Assembly (NCBI GenBank): GCA_013239625.1
Contig: MU053493.1
Span: forward strand, 248,001 to 312,000
Source: Lama guanicoe
Taxonomy: Eukaryota
Length of the DNA stretch: 64,000 bases
Reading direction: 5' to 3'
Every line of letters starts with the position of its first letter. Position 1 is the stretch's first letter. The translations under genes and the position numbers were made by a program. Below the pieces are notes generated by a model. It ran no database searches and was not told where the DNA came from. It saw nothing but the letters and a program-made list of their open reading frames with translations. Shown here one piece after another: positions 27,095-40,000 of this stretch.

Positions 27095-30028
27095 TGGCCA
27101 AACTCACAAAGAAGAAAAAAGAGAGAGCACAAATTAGCAAAATAAGAAAGGAAAATGGAGAAATTGTAACAAACAAAATAGAAATACAGAATATCATATG
27201 AGAATATTATGAAAAACTATATGGAACCAAACTGGATAACCTAGAGGAGATGGACAAGTTTCTGGAAACATACAGTCCACCAAAACTGAATCAAGAAGAA
27301 ACTGAACACTCGAAAAATCCGATCACTAGAAAGGAAATAGAAATAGCAATTAAAAACCTCCCTACAAATAAAAGTCCAGGACCAGACGGCTTCACAGGGG
27401 AATTCTACCAAACATACAAAGAAGAACTCATACCAGTCCTTCTCAAACTCTTCCAGACGATTGAAAAGGAGAGAATACACCCAAACTCATTCTATGAAGC
27501 CACTATCACCCTGATACCAAAACCAGGCAAAGACACTACAAAAAAAGAGAATTATAGGCCAATATCACCGATGAACATAGACGTCAAAATTCTCACCAAA
27601 ATTTTAGCAAATAGAATCCAACAACACATAAAAAAGATTATACATCATGACCAAGTGGGGTTCATCCCAGGGACACAAGGCTGGTTCAACATACGCAAAT
27701 CAATCAATGTAATACATCACATCAACAAGACAAAGGACAAAAACCACATGATCATCTCAATCGATGCAGAAAAAGCATTTGATAAAACTCAATACCCATT
27801 TATGATAAAAACTCTCGCCAAAGTGGGTATAGAGGGAACATATCTCAACATAATAAAAGCTATATATGACAAACCTACAGCCAGCATAGTTCTCAACAGT
27901 GAAAAACTCAAAAGCTTCCCACTAAAATCTGGGACAAGACAAGGATGCCCACTATCACCACTCCTATTCAACATAGTCCTGGAAGTCCTAGCCACAGCAA
28001 TCAGGCAAGAGAAAGAAATAAAAGGGATCCAAATTGGAAAAGAAGAGGTAAAAGTGTCATTATATGCTGACGACATGTTACTATATATAGAAAACCCTAA
28101 AAGGTCCACACAAAAGCTACTAGAGCTGATTGAACAATTCAGCAAGGTAGCAGGTTACAAAATTAATGTTCAAAAATCAGTTGCATTTCTTTACACAAAC
28201 GATAAGTCAACATTAAAAGAAAGTAAAGAAACAGTTCCCTTTAAAATAGCACCCAAAGTAATAAAATATCTGGGAATAAATCTAACCAAGGAGGTGAAAG
28301 AATTATACACAGAAAACTATAAACCATTGATGAAGGAAATTAAAGAAGACTTTAAAAAATGGAAAGATATTCCATGCTCTTGGATTGGAAGAATCAATAT
28401 TGTTAAAATGGTCACACTGCCCAAGGCAATCTACAGATTTAATGCAATCCCTATCCAATTACCCAGGACATATTTCACAGAACTAGAACAAATCATAATA
28501 AAATTTATATGGAACCATCAAAGACCTAGAATTGCTAAAGCATTACTGAAGAGAAAGAAAGAGGCTGGAGGAATAACTCTCCCAGACTTCAGACAATACT
28601 ATAGAGCTACAGTCATCAAGACAGCATGGTATTGGTACCAAAACAGACATATAGACCAATGGAACAGAATAGAGAGCCCAGAAATGAACCCACAAACTTT
28701 TGGTCAACTCATCTTCGACAAAGGAGGCAAGAATATACAATGGAATAAAGACAGTCTCTTCAGCAAATGGTGTTGGGAAAACTGGACAGCAGCATGTAAA
28801 ACAATGAAGCTAGAACACACCCTTACACCATATACAAAAATCAACTCAAAATGGATTAAAGACTTAAACATAAGACAAGATACAATAAACCTCCTAGAGG
28901 AAAACATAGGCAAAACATTATCTGACATACATTTCAAAAATTTTCTCCTAGAAGAAATAAAAGCAAGAATAAACAAATGGGACCTAATGAAACTTACAAG
29001 CTTCTGCAGAGCAAAGGAAACCAGAAATAAAACAAGAAGAAAACCTACGGAATGGGAGAAAATTTTTGCAAGTGAAACCGACAAAGGCTTGATCTCCAAA
29101 ATATATAAGCAGCTCATACGACTCAATAAGAAAAAAATAAACAACCCAATCCAAAAATGGGCAGAAGACCTAAACAAGCAATTCTCCAAGGAAGACATAC
29201 AAATGATCAAAAAGCACATGAAAAAATGTTCAATATCACTAATTATCAGAGAAATGCAAATCAAAACTACAATGAGGTATCACCTCACACCAGTCAGAAT
29301 GGCCGTCATTCAAAAATCCAAAAATGACAAATGCTGGAGAGGCTGTGGAGAAAGGGGAACCCTCCTACACTGCTGGTGGGAATGCAGTTTGGTGCAGCCA
29401 CTGTGGAAAGCTGTGGAGATTCCTCAAAAGACTAGAAATAGACTAGCCATATGACCCAGGAATCCCACTCCTGGGCTTGTATCCAGAAGGAAATCTACTT
29501 CAGGGTGACATCTGCACCCCAATGTTCATAGCAGCAATATTTACAATAGCCAAAACATGGAAACAGCCTAAATGTCCATCAATAGGTGACTGGATAAAGA
29601 AGAAGTGGTATATTTATACAATGGAATACTACTCAGCCATAAAAACCGACAACATAACGCCATTTGTAGCAACATGGATGCTCCTAGAGAATGTCATTCT
29701 AAGTGAAGTAAGCCAGAAAGAGAAAGAAAAATACCTTATGAGATCGATCATATGTGGAATCTAAAGACTCATGGACAGAGAATACAGACTTGTTACCGGA
29801 GGGTAGAGGGTGGGAAGGGATAGACTGGGATTTCAAAATTGTAGAATAGATAAACAAGATTACACTGTATATCACAGGGAAATATACACAAAATGTTATG
29901 ATAATTCACAGAGAAAAAAATGTGACAATGAGTGTGTATATGTCCATGAATGACTGAAAAATTGTGCTGAACACTGGAATTTGACACAACATTGTAAAAT
30001 GATTATAAATCAATAAAAAATGGTAAAA
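27095..30028 (+). mobile_element. Young 5'-truncated LINE-1
   Basis: Perfect 16-bp TSD aaaagaagccaatctg (27079-27094 / 30029-30044), long open ORF2, AATAAA and a short A-tail. Confidence 0.97.
27250..29454 (+). CDS. L1 ORF2p open fragment, 734 aa (RT and C-terminal zinc knuckle; no endonuclease, frameshift near the end)
   Basis: [54 protein letters not shown]. There is no promoter or endonuclease, so it is probably not expressed. Confidence 0.85.
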   Translation: MDKFLETYSPPKLNQEETEHSKNPITRKEIEIAIKNLPTNKSPGPDGFTGEFYQTYKEELIPVLLKLFQTIEKERIHPNSFYEATITLIPKPGKDTTKKENYRPISPMNIDVKILTKILANRIQQHIKKIIHHDQVGFIPGTQGWFNIRKSINVIHHINKTKDKNHMIISIDAEKAFDKTQYPFMIKTLAKVGIEGTYLNIIKAIYDKPTASIVLNSEKLKSFPLKSGTRQGCPLSPLLFNIVLEVLATAIRQEKEIKGIQIGKEEVKVSLYADDMLLYIENPKRSTQKLLELIEQFSKVAGYKINVQKSVAFLYTNDKSTLKESKETVPFKIAPKVIKYLGINLTKEVKELYTENYKPLMKEIKEDFKKWKDIPCSWIGRINIVKMVTLPKAIYRFNAIPIQLPRTYFTELEQIIIKFIWNHQRPRIAKALLKRKKEAGGITLPDFRQYYRATVIKTAWYWYQNRHIDQWNRIESPEMNPQTFGQLIFDKGGKNIQWNKDSLFSKWCWENWTAACKTMKLEHTLTPYTKINSKWIKDLNIRQDTINLLEENIGKTLSDIHFKNFLLEEIKARINKWDLMKLTSFCRAKETRNKTRRKPTEWEKIFASETDKGLISKIYKQLIRLNKKKINNPIQKWAEDLNKQFSKEDIQMIKKHMKKCSISLIIREMQIKTTMRYHLTPVRMAVIQKSKNDKCWRGCGERGTLLHCWWECSLVQPLWKAVEIPQKTRNRLAI

Positions 30029-31754
30029 AAAAGAAGCCAATCTGAAAATGTTACAAGCTGTATGATTCCGACCAGATGACATACTGGAAAAGGTACAACT
30101 ACAGAAACAATAAAATGATCGTGGTTTCCATGGGATTGGGGAGAGGTATGGAGGGAGGAGTGAATAGATGGAGCCCAGGGGATTTTTAGGGTAATGAAGT
30201 TATTCTGTATGATACTATAGTGGTGTCTACATGACATTATGCATTTGTCAAAACCCATAGAATGCACAACATCAAAACTAAACCCCAATGTAAACTTGGA
30301 CTTTGGTTGTTAATAATGTGCCCATGTTGGTTAATCAATTGTACCAAATATACCACAAGGATGAGGGATGTTGAGGATTGGGGAGCTTATATGTGTGGGT
30401 GGGGAAGGCTATGAGGAAACTCTGTATTTTCTGCTCAATTCTTTTGTAAACCTGAAACTGCTCTAAAAAAATTAATTCTACTAAAAAAAAAAAAGAAAAT
30501 GGACCCATATATATTTAGCTTCTCTATACTATTTTTCAAAGTATGCAATTATAGACAAAGTTTTTTCCATAACTAATGCTTCCATATTTTATCTTATTTG
30601 GAAATGACCTATATGTTAATTAACATACATTATTTACCTTAACTTGGTATAGCTTTAAGGTTTCAAGTTATCAAAAATGTTTATAAAATTATTATATGTA
30701 GCTATAGTATAAAACAAAATTGTTGTTGAAAAGTTCATTTATATATTTTATCACAGCTACACCTATTTAATCTACTTGTGCTTAACAAATACATATGAAC
30801 TCATCAAGAAAACTTAATGAGTTAAACAAACAAATCTAGCCATCATCCTATGCTTTTTTTATTGCTGAAAATTAAGGCAACAATCCAAAAAAAAACTCAC
30901 AGAGGCTATAAAACTAAAAAGTTAAATATTTGGTTCTTGTGTCTTTAATGATTTTTTAAAGATTTTCTACCATGCTTGACATGCATCAGGTAATTCATTT
31001 TTATTGCAGATTTCATTCTTAGGTTGGATTTATAGTTTTATAATCTTGAACATCCAGTAGAGATATTATAAGCTTGTTTGACTTTTAAGCCTAGGAAGAA
31101 AAAACCCTTGTATGTCTGCATTATATTTACTGCTGAAAACTCTGAAAACTTACTTGTGTTTATTTTACCAACAATTTTTTAAACTAGCTTTGTTTAACAA
31201 AGATCACCTCAAATCACGTGATATTAAGAAATTAGATTGGTTTTTATATTTCTGAGTTATAGAAACTTAATATATGGAAGTATTCATTCATCTCTAAGCC
31301 AATTTGTATAGAGCTTTTAAGGGATTGTATAAGTTAATTTAGACATAATTTGGAGAGGTAGAAAATGTCACATATACATTACATATGTGAGTACATGCAT
31401 AATCACGTAGACGGATGCAGAGTTCTTGTATATTTCATTTTTAAATTTTATCTATGACTCAGTGAAACAGTAATACAGTCTAATTGATTATCTCTACTTT
31501 ATATATTTATCTGAACTGTGTTTTTTGGCAAATGGGAAAAATAAGGATTATCTCTTAACCACTATAAATTAAGGAGACTTTTAACAATTCCTTTTGTTCT
31601 GACATGGAATCTGATGGAGGCCATGGATAAATTATTAGGTTAGTTATGAGGAGACATCTAGCAACTATATAGATGTATACAAAACCCAACCCAGTGGACA
31701 AAACACTATGTTCCCAAATACCATTTTGCTCTCATTTCATCCTCAGGTTGCTAC

Positions 31755-32221
31755 TGTCAACTACAGAATTGTCACTTTCTATCTGTTTCTACAAAAATGA
31801 AATCACTGGCCACTGCAGTCACTGACCTTCAACACAACTTGAAAGGAGTTCATGGTAGAGATCAGGAATGAGGTGCCCTGGGAAAAAACTGGCAGAACAG
31901 GCCTAAAGATAGTTAATTTCAGGAAAATATTTTATGAGTCCTATTTCTTGAGTTTCTCATATCTAGAAAACCCTAAAATAATTAATGGATATGTTTGCTC
32001 TTCATGACTAGCAGCGACATTCTTATGACTAGCAGTAACCTTCTGCCAAAATGTGTGCTTGACTGCAGGTACCTCCCTTCGCCAAGGTCACATGTGTACT
32101 CTCCTCCCCCCTTGCCTCTTCAGATCAGATTCTCAGAGCTGTCTATCAGGCTACAGTCATCATTTTGCCTCAAATAAAGCAGAACTCACAATTCTCACAT
32201 TGTGCATTTTTTCAGTCAACA
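31755..32221 (+). mobile_element. ERV1 5' LTR, MER41-like
   Basis: tgtcaa...cagtcaaca with AATAAA at ~32173. Followed by tggtcatccaaagaagggac, which resembles the tRNA-Arg PBS TGGCGACCACGAAGGGAC. Confidence 0.8.
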
Positions 32222-34010
32222 GTTTTGGTCATCCAAAGAAGGGACCAAGAGCAGACTTCTCTCCTTCACTTGAAGTCTACAAGGAACCAGAGCTTGATAC
32301 CAACAAAGGCCTCTTGTACCCATCAGCCTCCTTGGAGAGTCCAGAGAAATTTGGTAGAGTCTCTCCTTGTTCTCAGCTCTGTTATATTGTTTGATGAGCC
32401 TGAATTTTATTTTTGGTATTTAACAGTTACCTGACCTCCCATTGAAAAGACACTAGAAGAGTGTCCACCCAATTAAAAGATACTGGGGGGATCCTGGTTG
32501 AAAGACAGTGGGCTTTGCTTAGTTGAAAGACATTGAGTTGTCTGGGCTGAATGGTTGGGTAGGAGGCTAATCTGACACCTTTCCTCAATTCAGCTGTCTT
32601 ATTAGAATTTGTTGGCATAAAAGTAAAGATATTACATGAGCCCTTTTCTCTGAAGAAGATGGACAAGTGTCTTCCAAGTGGGTTATGGCTTTCTGAAACA
32701 ACTGAGAATTTTACAGGACTGCTGGGTGTATATTCCTCATACTGTGCAGTGGTACCATACATAAATCCATTAATTAATTAATTAATTAAAACATTTCCTC
32801 ATTCAGAGATCATATACAAGATTTGGCCATTCAGTGATCCAAGCACCTAAGGTGGTCTCTGAGCACCCAAGTTGGTCTTAGATGACAAAAGATAGAAATC
32901 AAGACATATAAGAAGGCTGAAATTACTATCAGGAGATGCTTAGAGGAGTCCAGCTCACAAGAAACACACTGGCCCACCACATAATTCCACTAGTTCATCA
33001 TATCCATGACAAATTCAACTTCAAAATGGGAAATAAAGACTCTCAAACAAGGAAATCAGGGGTGTCAGAAAGCCAGTCTCCAACTAACACTCCAGCCAGG
33101 TTTGTGTATGTACAAAACTTATACTTACAAGTACTTAATTGGGAATTAAAGACAAATCTTGCCCTGAAAGTGACCAATATGAGCTCTTCTATTGCATACA
33201 CAGTTTTTAGAGACAGCTGACTTGATACAACATCTTTTCAGAATTCTGACTCTGAAGAAACAAGCCCTTCCAGGGGAAATTATTTTTCTTTCCCTGTGCC
33301 TTGAGATGCAAATATTCTACCAGGGCTCCCAGGAACACTTACCTTATCTGTGTCATTTCCAATTTTGAAACTAAGTGGGAAAATGGGGGAAAATTATTAC
33401 AGCTGTAATTTATAAACTAGTGAGTTTTATATTGTAATACATGATTCATGACTAAGTTTTAAAATGAAGCATGAAAAGTCCAGCTGGGCATAAATGTCTT
33501 TAACTTTGTATGCTATTATCAAAATTAATTTGCAAATGAACTCTGAGAAATTGGCTTAAAGGAATTTAGACACCTACATTATTTCTCAGACATATAAAAG
33601 GAAACTGGCCATAATGAATTTCAGGTTCATGTGAACTGGGAATAGTCAATATTAACTCAATACCTGGAATTAAAGTTTATTGAATTAATTAACATAGATG
33701 TTTTAGAGTCATTAACATATTAAGTTTAGTAATTTAATGTACCTAGGCTTAACAGAAGTCAAATAAGTTTATATCTATTGCAAATTTGTCAGCAAAAAAT
33801 ATAACTTGGTATGATGGAATTTTTTTATAAGTAAATTAAATATAAATGAGATAAGAGCTTTAGGATGAACTCTTCAGGAATAATTGTATTTTAGGAATGT
33901 CTACTTAAAATAATCTCTCCAAATATATGGTAATTTGAAATTTTAGAGTTATACTAAATGAAGTTAAATGATGTACATTTACTGAGTAGTTAGGCCATTC
34001 CCAAATAAAT

Positions 34011-37000
34011 TTTTAATGCATTTATATTTATTTATTTTTTATTGAGCTATAGTCATTTTACAATGTTGTGTCAAATTCCAGAGTACAGCACAATTTTTTA
34101 GTTACACATGAATATATATATATACTCATTGTCACATTTTTTTTGGCTGTGAGCTACCATAAGATCTTGTATATACGTCCCTGTGTTATACAGTATTATC
34201 TTGTTTATCTTTTCTATATTTTTAAAACATTTTTATTGTTATAATAAATTTAAAATTTTGTGTCAAATTCCAGTTAAGAGCAGAGTTTTTCATTTATACA
34301 TGAATATATATATGTGTATATATATATATATTCATTGTAATATGTTGTCTCTGTGAGCTACCATAAGATGTTGTATATATTTCCCTGTGCTATACATTAT
34401 AATCTTCTTTATCTATCCTACATTTTGAAATCCTAATCTGTCCCTTCCCATCCCCGTCCCCTTCACAACCACAAGTTTGTATTCTATGTCTATAAGTCTG
34501 CATCGGTTTTATATTTATGTTTTAGAGTTTTTTTATTAGATTTCAAATATGAGCTATCTCATATGGCTTATTTGCTACTATTTCTGGTTTACTTCACTTA
34601 GAATAAAATTCTCCAAAAACATCCACGTTGCTGCAAATGGCATTATGTTGTTGTTTTTTATGTCTGAACAGTATTCCATTGTGTAAATATACCACATCTT
34701 CTTTATTCAGTTATCTGATGATGGAAATTTAGACTGTTTCCATATCTTTGCTATTGTAAATACTGCTGCTATAAATATTGGGGTGCAAGTGTCATTTTGA
34801 AGTAGGGTTCCTTCTGATATATGCCCAGGTATGGGATTTCTGGGACATATAGTAAGTCTATTCCTAAGATTTTGAGGAATCTCCATACTGTTTTCCACAG
34901 TGGCTGCACCAAACTGCATTTCCACCAGCAGTGTAGGAGGGTTTGCTTTTCTCCAAAGCCTCTCCAGCATTTATGACTTGTGGACTTTTGAATGATGGCC
35001 ATTCTGACTGGTGTGAGGTGACACCTCATTGTAGTTTTGATTTGCATTTCTCTGATAATTAGTGATATTGAGCATTTTTTAATGTACTTATTGATAATTT
35101 GTATTTCTTCCTTGGAGAATTGCTTGTTTAAGTCTTTTGCCCAGTTTTGGATTGTATGTTTGGTAGAATTCCTTAGTGAAGTCAACTGGTCCTGGTTTGG
35201 TTGTTTCTTATTAAGTCGTATGAGCTGTTTATATATTCTGGAGATCAAGCCTTTGTCGGTTTCATTTGCAAACATTTTCTCCCATTCCATAGATTGTCTT
35301 TTTGTTTTACTTATGGTTTCCTTTGCTGTGCAGAAGCTTGTAAGTTTCATTAGGTCCCATTTGTTTATTCTTGCTTTATTTCTATTGCTTGGGTAGACTG
35401 TCCTAGGAAAACATTTTTGAGATGTATGTCAGAAAATGTTTTGCCCATATTTTCTTCTAGGAGTTTTATTGAATCTTGTTTTATGTTTAAGTCTCTTATC
35501 CACTTTGAGTTTATTTTTGTGTATGGTGTAAGGGAGTGTTCTAGCTTCATTGTTTTACATACTGCTGTCCAGTTTTCCCAACACCATTTGCTGAAGAGAC
35601 TGTCTTTATTCCATTGTATATTCTTGCCTCCTTTGTCAAAGATTAGTTGACCAAATGTTGGTGGGTTCATTTCTGGGCTCTCTATTCAGTTCCATTGGCC
35701 CATATGTCTGTTTTTGTACCAATACCATGCTATCTTGATGACTGTAGTTCCATAGTATTGTCTGAAGGCAGGGAGAGTTATTCCTCCAGCCTCTTTCTTT
35801 CTCTTCAGTAATGCTTTGACAATTCTAGGTCTTTGATGGTTCCATATAAATTTTATTATGATTTGTTCTAGTTCTGTGAAATATGTCCTGGGTAATTTGA
35901 TAAGGATTGCGTTCAATCTGTAGATTGCCTTGGGCAGTGTGACCATTTAAAAAATTTGATTTGTCCAACTCAGGAGCATGGATATCTTTCCATTTTTTAA
36001 ATTCTTCTTTAATCTCATTCATCAATGATTTATAATTTTCAGTGTATAAGAGTCTTTCACCTCCTTGGTTAGATTAATTCCTAGGTATTTTATTACTTTG
36101 GGTGCTATTTTAAAGGGTATTGTACTTTACTTTCTTTTCCTATTGGTTCCTCATTAGTGTAAAGTAATGCAACTGATACTTGAACATTAATCTTGTAACC
36201 TGGTAATTTGCTGAATTATTCGTTCAGCTCTAGTAGTTTTTGTGTGGACTCTTTATGGTTTTCTATATATAGTAATATGTCATCAGCATACAGTGACACT
36301 TTTACCTCTTCTTTTCCAATTTGGATCCCTTTTATTTCTCCCTCTTGCCTGATTGTCATGGCTAGGACTTCCAAGATTATGTTGAATAGGAGTGGCAACA
36401 CTGGGCAGCCTTGTCTTGTCCCAGATTTTAGTGGGAAACATTTGAGTTTTTTCTGTTGAGTACTATGCTGGCTGTAGGTTTGTCATATATAGCTTTTATT
36501 ATGTTGAGATATGTTCCATCTATACATAATTTGGTGGGAGTTTTTATCATAAATAAGTATTGAATTTTATCAAATGCTTTTTCTGCTTCTATTGAGATGA
36601 TCATGTGTTTATTTTTCTTTCTCTTGTTGATGTGATTTATTACATTGACTGATTTGCATATGTTGAATCACCCTTGTGTCCCTGGGATGAACCCCACTTG
36701 ATTATAATGTGTAATATTTTTTATGTGCTGTTGGATTCTATTTGCTAAAATTTTGGTGAGGATTTTTGCTTCTATGTTCATCAGTGATATTGGACTATAA
36801 TTCTCTTTTTTAATAGTGTCTTTGTCTAGTTTTGGTATCAGGGTGATGGTGGCATTATAAAATGACTTTGGGAGTATTCACTCCTTTTCAAACTTCTGGA
36901 AGAGTTTGAGAAGGACTGGTATGATTTGTTGTTTGTATGTTTGGTAAAATTCCCCAGTGAAGTCAACTGGTCCTGGATTTTTATTTGTAGGTAGGTATTT

Positions 37001-40000
37001 TATTGTTAATCTTATTTCATTTCTAGTGATCTGTTTGTTCAAGTGGTCAGTTTCTTCTTGATTCAGTCTTGGTGGACTGTATGTTTCCAGAATCTTGTCC
37101 ATCTCCTCTAGATTATCCATTTTTGTTCCATATAGTTTTTCATAATATTTTAATATGATATTCTGTATTTATATGTTATTCTAATTTCTCCATTTTCCTT
37201 TCTTATTTTGCTTATTTGTGCTCTTTCAGTTTTCTTCTTTGTGAGTTTGGCCAGAGCTTTGTTGATTGTATTTACTTTCTCAAAAAAAAACAGCTTTTGG
37301 TTTGATGGATTTTTTCTGTTTTTTTTTTAATCTCTTTTGTATTTATTTCCCCCTTAATCTTTATTATTCCCTTCCTTCTGCTGTGTTTTGGGTTTTTTTT
37401 GCTCTTCTTTTTCTAATTATCTTAGCTGGTGGTTTAGATTGATTATTTGAGATTGTTCTTTTTTGAGGAAGGCCTGTATCACTATAATCTTCCCTCTTAC
37501 CGCTGTCTTTGCTGCACCCCATTAACTTTGAGTGGTTGTGTTTTCACTTTCATTTGATTCAAGGTATATTTTAATTTCAAGTTTGATCTCATCATTGACA
37601 CATTGTTTTTGTAATAGCATGTTCCTTAATCTCCATGCTTTCTTTTTTTTCCCCTTTGTTTCTGTGTAATTGATTTCTAGTTTCATGGCATTATGGTCAG
37701 TAAAAATGCTTGAGATAATTTCTATCTTCTTAAAATCATTGAGGCTTCTTTTGTGCCCAAGTACATGATCAATCCTAGAAAATGTTCCATGTGTACTTGA
37801 ATGAATGTACATCCTTTTGTGGGGGGTTAATCCTCTGAAAATATCCACCACATGTAATTTTTCAATTGTATTATTTAATTTCTCTGTTGTCTTATTCATT
37901 TTCTGTCTGGAAGGTCTGTCTAGTAATGTTCATGTGGTGTTAAAATCTCTGACAATGATTGTATCCCCATCAATATATCCCTTTATCTCTGTTAGTAATA
38001 GCTTTATGAACTTAGGTTCTGCTATATTGGATGCATATTTATTAACAAGTGTAATACCCTCATGCTGTATTACTCTTTTAATCATTATAAAATGTCCTTC
38101 TTTATATTTCTTTATTGCCTTTGTTTTAAAGTCTATTTTGTTTGAAATCATCAGTATTAACCTGCTTTTTTGGCATTTCCATTTGCATGAAATATCCTTT
38201 TCCATTCATTGAATTGCAATTTATATGTGTGCTTCTCCCTAAAGTGGTCTCTTGTATGCAGCTTATTGAAGTTTCTTGTTTTTTTATCCAGTCTTCCACT
38301 CTATGTCTTTCGATTGGAGCATTTAGTCCATTAACATTTACAGTAATGAATGAAAGATATGTGTTCATTGCCATTTTGAACTTATTTTTGCAGTTAATTG
38401 GGTATTTCTTCTTTGTTCCTTTCTTGTTCTTTTTGTAGTTTGGTAATTTTCCTTTGTATTATCATGGATTTTGTTTAGCTTTGGTAACTCCCTTGTACAT
38501 TTTTCACCTTTTTTTTTAAAGTCTACTAGCCCATTACTATAACTGTTTTTATTAAACAGGTATTAATATAATGTCTATCCCATCCTACTTAGAGCAAAAA
38601 GTTAAAAAAATAATTATTCTATATTTTCTTGCTTTCCTCTCCCACTCTTAATGATTTAGATGTCTTCTTTTACAATTTTGTGTTTATTCTATTTGCAATT
38701 CATATTAGTTATCACTTTTCCAGTTATGAGTTTCTCATTTTTATGTGCTTTTTTCTATTTAGAATAGACATTTCAATATTTCTTTTAGCCTGTTTTTATT
38801 GTTGCTTAACTCTTCTAGTTTTTGCTTGTCTGTGAATTCTTTATCTCTCCTTGTTTTCTAAGATACAGCCTTGCTGGATAAAGTATCCTAGGCTACATCT
38901 TTTTTTCATTCAGCACTTTGAATATACCTTGCCACTCCCTTCTGGCCTGTAGTGTTTGTGTAAAAAATTAGCTGAGAGCCTTATGGGGGCTCACTTGTAA
39001 CTCACTCTGTTTTTCTCTTGCTGCCTTTAGGGTCATTTCTTTAACCTTGACTCTGGCCATCTTAATTATGTTACGTCTTGGTGTGGGTCTGTTCGAGTTC
39101 TTCCTGTTTGGGACCCTCTGAGCTTCCTGTACTTGGATATCTGATTTCTTCTTTAAGTTTGGGAGGTTTTCAGTCATGATTTCTTCAAAAAACCTTTTCA
39201 ATCCCCTTTGATCTTTCTTCTCCTTCTGGAACCCCCATTATGCATAGATTGGCATGCTCTATATTATCCCATAGTTCTCTTATGTTGTTTTCATTAGTTT
39301 TTATTTGTTTTTCTCTCAGCTGTTCTGATTGTGTGCTTTCTGTTGCCCTGTATTTTGGTCACTTATTCGTTCTTCTGCATTATCTAGCCTTCTTTGTACA
39401 GCCTTTAGATCACCTCTCATCTCAGCCAATGAGTTTACCAATTCTACTTGGCTCTTTAAAGCTTCAATTTCATTCTTGACATATGCTATATGTCTAAATA
39501 CTCTCTCTTTTAGTTCTTTCAGTATTTTGATCACTCCTTTTTTGAAATCTTGATCTAGTAGGCCATCAATGTATTTAGGGGATTTCTCTTTCCCTTTTAA
39601 TTAGGAATGTTTCTGCTTCTTCATCTTGGTCATATCTCTCTGGCACTGTGGTTTATGGAGTATCAGTTATTTATTTTGGTCCTTAAGGAGTTTATTTATT
39701 TGTCTATCTAATGCCTATATAGGAATAAATCTTAAAAAAAAAGAGAAAAGGAGAACTTTAAAAGAAGTGAGAAAAAAGTTTGAAAACAATGTATAATCAA
39801 TAATAGAAGAGCAAGTTGAATCAAACTAACAATCGATTTGAGACATCTTTTTAAAAACCTTAAAAGAAGGAAAAAGGATTAAAAAAAACAATATTTGAAA
39901 ACTGTATAATCAACAACAGGAGATTTAAACCAAGAGAAATGAAATTGAATTCAGGTGAATTTTTAAATATAATAATAATAAATTATTTTAAAACAAAATT

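Larger units (their letters stand above)
24563..30494 (+). mobile_element. Composite L1/HAL1-like insertion: 5'UTR, ORF1 (~25508-26323), inverted L1 scraps (~26385-26900), L1MC-like 3' end and poly(A)
   Basis: 13-bp TSD gaaaatggaccca at 24550-24562 and 30495-30507. ORF1 motif LSADFSTETLQVRREWHDIFK...LQPRILYPARL. L1MC-like tail at ~27025-27094 plus 30045-30494. Confidence 0.8.
23104..31754 (-). mobile_element. MER67-like ERV internal sequence, inverted array copy 3 (segments 23104-24562 and 30495-31754)
   Basis: The reverse complement aligns to 2129-3075, 52580-53060, 61355-62500 and 15300-15460. Split by a TSD-flanked insert at 24563-30494. Confidence 0.8.

Noticed and set aside
28704..29264. 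Long antisense ORFs over L1 ORF2 (also 530-820 and 35037-35396)
   Set aside because: A common by-product of L1 ORF2 composition, recurring in many L1 copies.
31755..32221. Interferon-inducible (STAT1 GAS) enhancer in the MER41-like LTR
   Set aside because: I saw only TTCAGGAA (2-nt spacer), not a canonical TTCNNNGAA. This was not an exhaustive scan.
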